NCBI GenBank assembly: GCA_016930715.1
Contig: JAFGGC010000003.1
Location: 31,224-95,223 of the forward strand
Direction of reading: 5' to 3'
DNA length: 64,000 nt
DNA from: Endomicrobiales bacterium
GTDB lineage: Bacteria > Elusimicrobiota > Endomicrobiia > Endomicrobiales > JAFGGC01
In this document: positions 47,668 to 55,831 of the stretch, one piece after another
Layout of the letters: each line of letters starts with the position of its first letter
How positions within the stretch are numbered: the stretch's first letter is position 1
Position numbers and translations under genes: made by a program
Notes under the pieces: model-generated
The model's input: the letters and a program-made list of their open reading frames with translations, nothing else
What the model was told of the DNA's origin: nothing
The model's database searches: none

Positions 47668-47688
47668 AAAGAGCCGTATGGCTTAATC

Positions 47689-49608
47689 CTACATAATTCC
47701 AAACCGTATTACAACAAGGTTCAAAACACCCGCGAAAGCGAAGGCGTAGCACAGCGCGAACACGAATATCAGGCAGGCGGCCTTCAGGCCCTGCTCCTTT
47801 ATCACCATGAAAAACTGCGCGACGCAGGGGATGAAAAGGGTTATCGCGACCGCGCTCACCAGCACCTGGCGCGGGTCGAGCATCCCTTCCCTCGCGAGTA
47901 CGAAAAGCCCCGCGACGCCGTAATCCCTGCGCAGGAAACCCATCACGAAACTTTTCGTTGCTTCCACCGGCAGGCCCAAAACCCCCGTGATAAGCGGGGA
48001 AAGCGCGGCCTCGATGCGGCCCAGCATCCGCGTCTTGTCCAATATGAAAAGGATGAACGTGCCTAAAATGAACAGGGGGACGGCCTCTTTCAGATACCAG
48101 ACCATCCTAACCCTGACTTTCGTCAGTATGTTGGCAAGCGACGGATACCTCAACGGAGGTATCTCGAAAACGAACGGGGACCGGGCGCCCTTGATGAGCC
48201 TGTCGGCCGCGCTTCCGACGACATAAAGCGACAGCGTAAGCGAAAAAACCCAGAGCACGGCCACCTTCCAGGAGAGCCCCGAAACAAGGCCGAGTATGAC
48301 GCCTAACTGCGCAGAGCACGGCACCGCCAGCGACAGAAGGAGCGTCACCATCAGTCTTTCCTTCCTGGTTTCGAGCACCCGCGCGCCGAGGACCGCCATC
48401 GTCCCGCACCCGAGGCCCAGGACCATAGGGAGCACGGCCTTGCCGTTGAGGCCCACCTTCGAAAAAACCCTGTTGAGCATCGCCGACAATCTCGGCAGGT
48501 AGCCCGAATCCTCAAGGAAACCGAAAAAAACGAAGAACGTTGCCACTATCGGAAGAACTATCGCGAGGGCATATGTCAGGGCCATCGTCAGCATGCCGTA
48601 CTCGCCGACGAACATCTCCCTGACGAAAGTGAACGGCACGGCCCGGTCCGCCAGCTTCACGAGCAGGGGGTTCACGCAGGCCCCGAAAAGTTTTTTTTCC
48701 AGAAGGTCCACAAGGAACCCCGCGCCGAAAACGCCGACGAACTCGTACATCACGAACAGCATAAAAAGCGCTATCAGGTACCCGGGGAAGGGTTTCAGGA
48801 CCGCGTCGCCCAGCTTCTCGAGCCGGGACGGTTTTGCCGCGGCCTTCACGCTCATCACCCCGCCGAGTATCTCGTTTGCCCTGTTGTTCCTGGCGGTGAA
48901 TATCAAAAACCTCGGATGGTTGGAAAACTTCAGGACGTATTCCTTGAGTTTCTTCCTCAATACCGCCCTGAGGCGCTCGTCGACGTACCTCTGGCTTGAA
49001 GCGTCCTGGGAAAGCAGCATCAGGGACAGCGCCCTCTTGTACGCCGTCTCTTTCGGCAGGATTCCCTCTATCTCCGAAACGGCCTTTTCTATCTCCGCGC
49101 GGTACCTGAGCGTCAGTGAGCCCGGCGACGCCTCCGCGACACGTTTTTTAAGCTCTCCCATTCCCTCGCCGGTCACCGCAACGGTCCTGACGACCGGTAT
49201 GCCGAGTATGTCCCGGAGCTTCCGGGCGTCCGTCTTTATGCCGCGCTCGAGGGCCTCGTCGTCCATGTTGAGCGCAAGCACCATCGGCAGGCCGAACTCG
49301 AGCAGTTCCATCGTCAGAAGAAGCGTCCGGCGCAGGTTCTTGGCGTCGCCGACCTGGACGATGACGTCGGCCTTCTCCCTGACGAGGACGTCCCTCGTCA
49401 CCTGCTCGTCCTCGGAGGTGGGAAGGAGCGATATCGTCCCGGGGGTGTCGATGACCTGGTGCTTGACGCCTCCGAAAACAGAAATCCCGCGGGCGAGGTC
49501 GACCGTCGTCCCGGGGTAGTTCGAGACAACGGCGTGGTTTCCGGTCAGCCGGTTGAATATCACCGACTTCCCGACGTTGGGGTTGCCGATAAGTATTATT
49601 GTTTTATC
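47689..49608 (-). CDS. feoB: Ferrous iron transporter FeoB
   Basis: MDKTIILIGNPNVGKS G-domain followed by a polytopic membrane domain. The track start at 49674 is a TTG inside the repeat array; ATG 49608 is preferred. Confidence 0.92.
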   Translation of the reverse strand, partial: DKTIILIGNPNVGKSVIFNRLTGNHAVVSNYPGTTVDLARGISVFGGVKHQVIDTPGTISLLPTSEDEQVTRDVLVREKADVIVQVGDAKNLRRTLLLTMELLEFGLPMVLALNMDDEALERGIKTDARKLRDILGIPVVRTVAVTGEGMGELKKRVAEASPGSLTLRYRAEIEKAVSEIEGILPKETAYKRALSLMLLSQDASSQRYVDERLRAVLRKKLKEYVLKFSNHPRFLIFTARNNRANEILGGVMSVKAAAKPSRLEKLGDAVLKPFPGYLIALFMLFVMYEFVGVFGAGFLVDLLEKKLFGACVNPLLVKLADRAVPFTFVREMFVGEYGMLTMALTYALAIVLPIVATFFVFFGFLEDSGYLPRLSAMLNRVFSKVGLNGKAVLPMVLGLGCGTMAVLGARVLETRKERLMVTLLLSLAVPCSAQLGVILGLVSGLSWKVAVLWVFSLTLSLYVVGSAADRLIKGARSPFVFEIPPLRYPSLANILTKVRVRMVWYLKEAVPLFILGTFILFILDKTRMLGRIEAALSPLITGVLGLPVEATKSFVMGFLRRDYGVAGLFVLAREGMLDPRQVLVSAVAITLFIPCVAQFFMVIKEQGLKAACLIFVFALCYAFAFAGVLNLVVIRFGIM

Positions 49609-49619
49609 CATAAGATTTA

Positions 49620-49705
49620 CTACAATTTCGAAACTACAATTTCGAATTTCGAAAGGGCACAACTTTAACTGCAATTTCTAAACTGCAATTTCGAATTTCG
49701 AAAAA
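49620..49705. repeat. Family C tandem array
   Basis: CTACAATTTCGAAA CTACAATTTCGAATTTCGAAA ... CTGCAATTTCTAAA CTGCAATTTCGAATTTCGAAAAA. Immediately upstream of the feoB ATG. Confidence 0.85.
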
Positions 49706-49929
49706 TATCCGTCGCCGTTGTTGCGATGGGGCGAGCTTCAGCGAGCAATCCGCCTTTGGCGGATAAACCGCGTACGCGGTTACATCGCAACCCCGCCTAT
49801 TTCCTCAATGTTCGCGCAAAGCGGAGCAAGGAACAATTTCATAACCCGGTGAAGCGAGGGTAGAGTTCCACAAAAAGTGTTTTTGGCGGCGACATTCGCA
49901 TTCAGGAGCCGCCAAACCAAGCGAGCCCG

Positions 49930-50487
49930 CTAAGGCGAGCGTCTTTTTAGGAACTTCTGCCCGAGCTTCCAGTATAACAGCGCGACTATCGTCTTTGAAT
50001 CCTTGATTTTTCCGTTTTTCACCCACGCGAGCGCCTTCTTCACCGGCACCACGGCGTGGTCTATGAACTCGTCGTCGTCCGGGTTCTTTTTCGTTTCGAC
50101 GAGCCCTGAAGCCAGATAGACGTGGATTATCTCGTTCGAGAAAGCGGCCGTCGGCCAGTATGAAACAAGCTTCTTGACTTTCCCCGCGCGGAAACCCGTC
50201 TCCTCCTCGAGCTCGCGCCTTATGCAGGCAAGCGGGCTCTCGCCGGCGTCAAGCTTTCCGGCCGGGACCTCGTATGTCAGCTCCCCGACCGGGAACCTGT
50301 ACTGCTTCACGAGCACCACGTTTTTTTTGTCCAGGAAAGGCAGCACCGCCACCGCGCCGGGGTGGTCAATGTATTCCCTCGTCGCCCTCTTGCCGTTCGG
50401 AAGGGTCACGTCGTCGGCGAGGAAACCGACGGCTTTGCCGGAATAGACCCTGTTCCTTTTATAAAGCTTTTCCTTGAATGTTTTCAT
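49930..50487 (-). CDS. NUDIX hydrolase (ADP-ribose pyrophosphatase-like)
   Basis: Nudix box GKLDAGESPLACIRRELEEETG. Confidence 0.85.
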   Translation of the reverse strand: MKTFKEKLYKRNRVYSGKAVGFLADDVTLPNGKRATREYIDHPGAVAVLPFLDKKNVVLVKQYRFPVGELTYEVPAGKLDAGESPLACIRRELEEETGFRAGKVKKLVSYWPTAAFSNEIIHVYLASGLVETKKNPDDDEFIDHAVVPVKKALAWVKNGKIKDSKTIVALLYWKLGQKFLKRRSP

Positions 50488-50516
50488 GAGGGATCTCTTA
50501 ATGACAACAGATCCCT

Positions 50517-50594
50517 GATTACAAAGATTTAAAAAGCGATTACACAGATATAGTGACGTAAAATCTGCGTAATCTTTAAGTTATCTGTGTAATC
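50517..50594. repeat. Family A element
   Basis: GATTACAAAGAT and GATTACACAGAT, then ATCTGCGTAATC and ATCTGTGTAATC. Upstream of the nudix start. Confidence 0.85.
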
Positions 50595-50659
50595 AAGGGC
50601 TTGCTCGCCGCCGAAGTATTGGCGGCAGTGAGCCCTAATTATAGTAATTTTGCGCCTCC

Positions 50660-50688
50660 TTGACAAACATACTTTGTTTTATTATAAT
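50660..50688 (+). promoter_or_regulatory. Sigma70-type promoter of ndk
   Basis: TTGACA (50660-50665), 17-nt spacer, TATAAT (50683-50688). GAAGGGTG precedes ATG 50722. Confidence 0.7.
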
Positions 50689-50721
50689 CTGCTCCAATAT
50701 ACCGGACAAAAGAAGGGTGAA

Positions 50722-51252
50722 ATGGCAGTCGAAAACAGCAAGAATACTGAGCAACTTCTCGTGCTCGTCAAACCCGACGGGCTCAAGAAATCCCTCACGG
50801 GCAACATCTTGACCAAGCTCTCCGAGGCGAAGCTCGTGATAGTGGGCGCCAAGGTCATCCAGGTATCAAAAGAGCTCGCCGAAGAGCACTACAAGCAGCT
50901 CAAGGACAAGCCGTTCTTTCAGGAACTAATCAACTACATACAAGGCAAACTGCACGGCTCGTCCTACTCGAGGGTGCTGGCTCTGGTCTATCAGGGCGAG
51001 AACGCCATAGCAAAGCTCAGGCATCTGGCGGGCGCGACGAACCCCGAAGAGGCCGACCCCGTTTCCATACGCGGCGCCTACGGCAGGATAACCACCAAGG
51101 GCGTTTACGAAAACGTGATACACTGCTCGTCGGACCCGGTCGAGGCCGAAAGGGAGATAAAGCTCTGGTTCAGGCCGGACGAGCTCGTCATAAAACCCTA
51201 TCCCACCAAGAAAACAACAATCAAGAATTGCGATATCACGGTCTGGGACTGA
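50722..51252 (+). CDS. ndk: Nucleoside diphosphate kinase (with a C-terminal extension)
   Basis: LVLVKPDGL...NVIHCSSD (catalytic His). The longer track ORF starting at 50650 would contain its own promoter. Confidence 0.9.
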   Translation: MAVENSKNTEQLLVLVKPDGLKKSLTGNILTKLSEAKLVIVGAKVIQVSKELAEEHYKQLKDKPFFQELINYIQGKLHGSSYSRVLALVYQGENAIAKLRHLAGATNPEEADPVSIRGAYGRITTKGVYENVIHCSSDPVEAEREIKLWFRPDELVIKPYPTKKTTIKNCDITVWD

Positions 51253-51295
51253 AACAAACCCGGGCCTGGAAAAAGAAAGAAAGGGAAAACATACA

Positions 51296-53074
51296 ATGGC
51301 GAAGTACATCAAAAAATGGGTTGAAGAGCAGGCGGAACTCACCAAACCGGACAAGGTCTGGTGGATGGACGGCTCCGAGAAAGAGGCGCGCGAGCTGATT
51401 AACATCGGCATAACCAAGGAAATGATAGGCGACAACCACACCTTCAGCGGGCTAAACGCCAAGTTCTTCCCCAACTCGTACCACCATCCGTCGCACCCGA
51501 CCGACGTCGCGCGCACCGAGCACCTCACGTTCGTCTGCCACCCGAAAAAGGAAGACGCCGGCCCCAACAACAACTGGATGGACCCGGACGAGGCCAAGGC
51601 AAAGCTCAGGCCCCTTTACGACGGCTGTATGAAGGGCCGCACGCTCTACGTGATACCCTACATAATGGGCCACCCGGATTCGCCCTACGCCAAGCCCTGC
51701 ATACAGATAACCGACTCGGTCTACGTCGCCGTCTCGATGAGGATAATGACGAGGGTCGGGCCGGAGGCGATGAAAAAGATAGGCGACTCGAAAGATTTCG
51801 TCAAGGGCCTCCACTCGGTCGGCGACCTCAGCCCCGAAAGGCGCTGGATAATGCACTTCCCGCAGGAAAACCTCGTGATGTCCATCGGCTCGGGCTACGG
51901 CGGCAACGCGCTCCTCGGCAAGAAGTGCTTCTCGCTTCGCATCGGCTCGTGCATAGGGAAACGCGAGGGCTGGCTCGCCGAGCATATGATTATAGTCGGC
52001 GTCCAGGCGCCCGACGGAGACGTGAAGTACTTCCTCGGCGCCTTCCCCTCGGCCTGCGGAAAGACCAACCTCGCGCTCCTCGACCCGGTGCTAAAAGGGT
52101 ACAAGGTGTGGACGCTGGGCGACGACATAGCCTGGCTCAACGTCGGCCCCGACGGCCGGCTCTACGCCATAAACCCGGAAGCGGGATTTTTCGGCGTCGC
52201 GCCCGGAACGTCGGAGGCCACCAACCCGGTGATGATAAAGACGCTGAAAAACGACAAGTTCTACCCGACGCTTTTCACCAATACCGCGGTGGACACCGAC
52301 AACAACGCCCCGTGGTGGGAAGGGCTGACCGAAGCGCGCCCGAAAAACCTGATAGACTGGCAGAAAAAACCCTACGACCCCGCCTCCGGCAAGACTGCGG
52401 CGCACCCGAACTCCCGTTTCACGGTTTCCATATACAACTGCCCCACATTGTCGCCCGAATTCGACAACCCGAAGGGCGTGCCCATCTCCGGCATCATATT
52501 CGGAGGAAGAAGGAAGACCAACATACCCCTTGTCGTCGAGACGAAGGACTGGGAACACGGCGTTTTCCTTGCCTCCATAATGGGCTCTGAAACCACGACG
52601 GCCGCCCTGCACCAGGTGGGGGTCGTCAGGCGCGACCCGATGGCGATGCTCCCTTTTTGCGGATACAATATGGGCGACTACTTCGCCCACTGGCTGTCTT
52701 TCGCGAAAAAGCTCAAGCACCCGCCAAAAATATTCATGGTCAACTGGTTCAGGAAGGACTCGGAAGGCAGGTTCATCTGGCCGGGCTTCCGCGACAACTC
52801 CCGCGTGATAAAATGGATGATTGACAGGATAGACGGCAAGGCAAAGGGCAGGGAAACAATGCTCGGCGTGTCGCCGCAAAAAGGCGAGCTCGACCTCTCC
52901 GGCCTCGACATTTCCGACGCCGGGATGGAAGAGCTTTTTTCGATTGACAGGGAGTCCTGGAAGGCCGAGACCGCCGAGATAGAGAAATTCTACCAGCAGT
53001 TCGGCGGAAGGGTGCCGAAGGCGCTCTTTAAACAACTCGATTCGCTAAAAGATAAAATAAGCAAACTCCCTTAA
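51296..53074 (+). CDS. pckG: Phosphoenolpyruvate carboxykinase (GTP)
   Basis: 592 aa. GSGYGGNALLGKKC, FPSACGKTN (kinase-1a) and WEGL motifs. Confidence 0.95.
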   Translation: MAKYIKKWVEEQAELTKPDKVWWMDGSEKEARELINIGITKEMIGDNHTFSGLNAKFFPNSYHHPSHPTDVARTEHLTFVCHPKKEDAGPNNNWMDPDEAKAKLRPLYDGCMKGRTLYVIPYIMGHPDSPYAKPCIQITDSVYVAVSMRIMTRVGPEAMKKIGDSKDFVKGLHSVGDLSPERRWIMHFPQENLVMSIGSGYGGNALLGKKCFSLRIGSCIGKREGWLAEHMIIVGVQAPDGDVKYFLGAFPSACGKTNLALLDPVLKGYKVWTLGDDIAWLNVGPDGRLYAINPEAGFFGVAPGTSEATNPVMIKTLKNDKFYPTLFTNTAVDTDNNAPWWEGLTEARPKNLIDWQKKPYDPASGKTAAHPNSRFTVSIYNCPTLSPEFDNPKGVPISGIIFGGRRKTNIPLVVETKDWEHGVFLASIMGSETTTAALHQVGVVRRDPMAMLPFCGYNMGDYFAHWLSFAKKLKHPPKIFMVNWFRKDSEGRFIWPGFRDNSRVIKWMIDRIDGKAKGRETMLGVSPQKGELDLSGLDISDAGMEELFSIDRESWKAETAEIEKFYQQFGGRVPKALFKQLDSLKDKISKLP

Positions 53075-53090
53075 TATCCGTCGAGTTGTC

Positions 53091-53172
53091 GGTAAAAGGT
53101 ACACGTTAAAAGGTAAATGTTTAAGTCCATTCAAAGCCTTTAACTTTCAACATTTACCATTCACCTTGTACC
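53091..53172. repeat. Family B element, probably the pckG terminator
   Basis: GGTAAAAGGTACACGTTAAAAGGTAAATGTTTAAG...TCAACATTTACCATTCACCTTGTACC followed by TGTTTTT. Confidence 0.8.
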
Positions 53173-53185
53173 TGTTTTTAAGGGC

Positions 53186-53215
53186 TTGACAACTCATTTT
53201 CATTGTTGGTATAAT
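53186..53215 (+). promoter_or_regulatory. Near-consensus sigma70 promoter with an extended -10
   Basis: TTGACA (53186-53191), 18-nt spacer ending in TGG, TATAAT (53210-53215). Confidence 0.65.
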
Positions 53216-53221
53216 ATAGCC

Positions 53222-53283
53222 GAAAAGAATTTTAACGATCCCTCCAACGGCCAGGTTCTCCCCCAGCCTGGCCGTTCCTTTTT
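53222..53283 (+). ncRNA. Candidate small RNA of about 60 nt, running from promoter to intrinsic terminator with no ORF
   Basis: Predicted transcript GAAAAGAAUUUUAACGAUCCCUCCAACGGCCAGG-loop-CCUGGCCGUUCCUUUUU. The unpaired CCCUCC is complementary to Shine-Dalgarno (SD) GGAGGG sequences. Confidence 0.4.
53246..53283 (+). terminator. Intrinsic terminator
   Basis: AACGGCCAGG (53246-55) pairs perfectly with CCTGGCCGTT (53267-76). 11-nt loop, then CCTTTTT. Confidence 0.65.
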
Positions 53284-53446
53284 GTGGTTGCCAACCCCAC
53301 CCTTGTTCCTGCTGCGAAACCAACATTTTGGCTGCAATTAAAAAAATGCTCGGCTAACGTAGCGTTGCTACGCGTCACCTTGCATTTTTTTATTTCGCTC
53401 AAAATCTTGTTTTCTCGCTACGGAACCGGATGGGGTTGTCAACCAC
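53284..53446. repeat. 163-bp imperfect palindrome (MITE-like or long hairpin)
   Basis: Left arm GTGGTTGCCAACCCCACCCTTGTTCCTGCTGCGAAACCAACATTTTGGCTGCAATTAAAAAAATGC. Right arm GCATTTTTTTATTTCGCTCAAAATCTTGTTTTCTCGCTACGGAACCGGATGGGGTTGTCAACCAC. Extra copies of the terminal motif occur at 53462-53489 and 53752-53771. Confidence 0.7.
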
Positions 53447-53928
53447 TAAACTGCGCGGAACGGCCAACAAGGGTGGGGGCGGCAGCCACGTTTAAAGGAA
53501 GGGCCCTTCTGTAATGGCCTGACCGCCGGTCATTTTGTCGAAGATCCGCTAGTCGTTTTTGCGGATAGAAGATCCGCCGGATTTTTTGGCGGAGCGGAGT
53601 ATCCTTTTTGTTCAATCAGAGTTGTCATTCCGGAGCGCCTCAAGCGGCGACTTCCTTTATTTCCGATAATGAAGTCCCGTTCTACGGGGAATCCAGCCTT
53701 TGGTTTTCACTAGATACCAGATACTAGATACCAGATACGCCTTCTAGTTTTTTGGGTGGGCTTGGCAACCACGAACGAAGGTTTTTGTAGGCTACATTCC
53801 TCAATCCGCAATCTGAATTCCGCAATTGACCCGGGGGCGGCTTGACCAGACCGGGGTATAAACACCTTTGAAGATATACGTTTTTCATGTGTTCTGTATT
53901 GACTTCCCGACATGAAAGAGATAGCATA

Positions 53929-53956
53929 TTGCTGCTATTTTCATCTATGGTATAAT
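53929..53956 (+). promoter_or_regulatory. Putative promoter of the 54013/54733 gene pair
   Basis: TTGCTG, 16-nt spacer, TGG-TATAAT (extended -10 at 53948-53956). TAAGGAGAG precedes ATG 54013. Confidence 0.5.
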
Positions 53957-54012
53957 TAAATTATAGTTTGCATGTCTAAATTTGCTAATGGTAATATTAT
54001 AAGGAGAGTTTT

Positions 54013-54684
54013 ATGGAAAATGCTGACAAGGTATCTAGAAAATTCGATGAACTAATAGCTGAAGGGAAGAGCATTCTTGCTGCTTCCGGATGGGATGGAC
54101 ATGAGTATCATCATCGTCACCCTAATGAGGTAGACTACAAAAGATTTAGAACTGAAAGCCTGAATATAATCAGACGTGCCTGTGGCATTAATAGTGATCA
54201 TTATCAAGAACTCCTTCGCATAGCGACAGATAGCCGTAATAGCTATAATAGCTACTATATGAAAGACTGTTTCGGCATTTTGGAAGCTGCAAAAAGAGAT
54301 TTCGAAGGAGGATATCTTTTCGAAATAAGAGCTCTTATATCCTCAGAACTACTAGGAGATTTTCTTGAACAAGCTGAATTCCTATTTGAGAATGGTTATT
54401 TTGTGCCAGCAGCTTCATTGACAGGCGCTATTCTTGAAGATACATTAAGAAAACTATGCGAGCGCTCTGGCATTGTTGTAGCTGAAAAAACAAATATCGA
54501 AAAGTTGAATGTTGAACTTACAAAGGCAGGCATATATGACAAACTAATTCAAAAGAGGGTTACGGCTTTTGCCGATATACGCAATAATGCCGATCATGGC
54601 CATTTTAATAAATTCAATAAAGAAGACGTAAATGATATGGTGCGCTGGATTAGACGCTTCGCTTCCGATTATTTAGGAAAATAG
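54013..54684 (+). CDS. Soluble helical protein with a C-terminal HEPN/DUF4145-like domain
   Basis: C-terminal AGAILEDTLRKLC...VTAFADIRNNADHGHF (Rx4H). AT-rich DNA. Confidence 0.6.
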   Translation: MENADKVSRKFDELIAEGKSILAASGWDGHEYHHRHPNEVDYKRFRTESLNIIRRACGINSDHYQELLRIATDSRNSYNSYYMKDCFGILEAAKRDFEGGYLFEIRALISSELLGDFLEQAEFLFENGYFVPAASLTGAILEDTLRKLCERSGIVVAEKTNIEKLNVELTKAGIYDKLIQKRVTAFADIRNNADHGHFNKFNKEDVNDMVRWIRRFASDYLGK

Positions 54685-54732
54685 AGATGGTGGTTATAGT
54701 ATCTCAATGAACTACTATTTGCAGGGGTCCCC

Positions 54733-55437
54733 ATGAACATGCACGAAAATATTTATTGGCTTTTTAGCTCTTCTGCACAAGCCATTGCAGCTTTTTGTGC
54801 ACTAATAGTTGCAGGCTATGCTCTTGTAAATACAATGATGGACGCTATGCAAGAAAAAGATGAAACCCTTGAAGAAATTCATTCGCAGATCAAGAATGAT
54901 TATTACAAAGCAATAATTTGGTTTTCTTGTATCAATGGCCTGGCAATCGTACTAAGTTTACTCACAGTATATTTAAATGGTGTTAAATTTAAATATCTAA
55001 ACATCATGAGCATTTTTACCGCGCTTTTCGTTTTAAGTGCCATTGCTGGTGGTATATGGTTTGTTCTTTCAATAATCAATCCTAATAGATACAAGAATAC
55101 CGCAAAGCATATTATAGGACAAAAGAGTATCTCTGGGATAGAAGTCGATGTAGCAGAATTTATTAATTTGTTCATTAAAATGGAAAAAGTTATTCGCGAG
55201 ATATTCATAAAAAAGAAATTGAAATATCCCATAACTGACAAACCATCATTCGGGCATATGATTAAGGTAATGGAAATTGAAGAATTATTAACTAAAAAAG
55301 AATATGGGATACTTGAAAATGTTAATAATTATCGAAATCTAGTAATTCATGGACATATAGATAAAGTAGATAAAGGCATGGTTGACATACTAAGAAATAT
55401 ATTGAATGTATTTCAAAGGAAACAAGAAGAATTATAA
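54733..55437 (+). CDS. Three-TM membrane protein with a C-terminal HEPN-like domain
   Basis: Hydrophobic helices at about aa 8-32, 58-80 and 88-112. C-terminus ILENVNNYRNLVIHGHIDKV (Rx4H). Confidence 0.6.
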   Translation: MNMHENIYWLFSSSAQAIAAFCALIVAGYALVNTMMDAMQEKDETLEEIHSQIKNDYYKAIIWFSCINGLAIVLSLLTVYLNGVKFKYLNIMSIFTALFVLSAIAGGIWFVLSIINPNRYKNTAKHIIGQKSISGIEVDVAEFINLFIKMEKVIREIFIKKKLKYPITDKPSFGHMIKVMEIEELLTKKEYGILENVNNYRNLVIHGHIDKVDKGMVDILRNILNVFQRKQEEL

Positions 55438-55831
55438 TACTTAGGCAACTTACCTCCTCTGTTATCCTCTGGCGCCTACTTTTCAACTTTAGGCATATTA
55501 GCTTGCGTTAAAACCCAACAGATGTTCAACTTATCCATTTTTGTGAGTTCGTATCGCCTTTTCCAAAATATAAAAATACGAAATAGTTCAACTATATGGA
55601 ATCCATCAACCCTTATTCCTCTTTTAGATGAATACCGCGATTTTATCTCTTTTTGAAAATATGGGACGTATGCAACATAGCTACATCATATTTATGCGTA
55701 ATAGCATATCTTCTGCCTTCTTTATGACGTTGGCAAATCCGGGGGCTATCAAATGCTACTCTTTCTTGTAAATATAGTCATAATACAGATTATGTCAAAA
55801 TCTAAGAGCTAAAAGTAAAGACCTGACCCGG

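Noticed and set aside
49620-49705. Possible CRISPR array, here and at 63927-64000 and 37361-37433
   Set aside because: The repeat units are only about 10-20 nt, irregular, and lack unique spacers of 25-40 nt. There are no cas genes in the window.
49706-49800. tRNA-like cloverleaf (closing stem GTTGCGATG/CATCGCAAC with internal hairpins), and possible tRNA fragments at 53284-53490
   Set aside because: No T-loop (GTTCRANYC) or D-loop consensus and wrong arm lengths. One internal palindrome (CCGCGTACGCGG) would leave an implausibly small loop. The same hairpin types recur as generic repeats elsewhere.
53284-53514. 76-aa ORF (MVANPTLVPAAKPTF...) and the overlapping minus-strand 67-aa ORFs at 53710-53927
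   Set aside because: They lie on palindromic and tiled repeat DNA, have no RBS and have low-complexity products. They are most likely non-coding.
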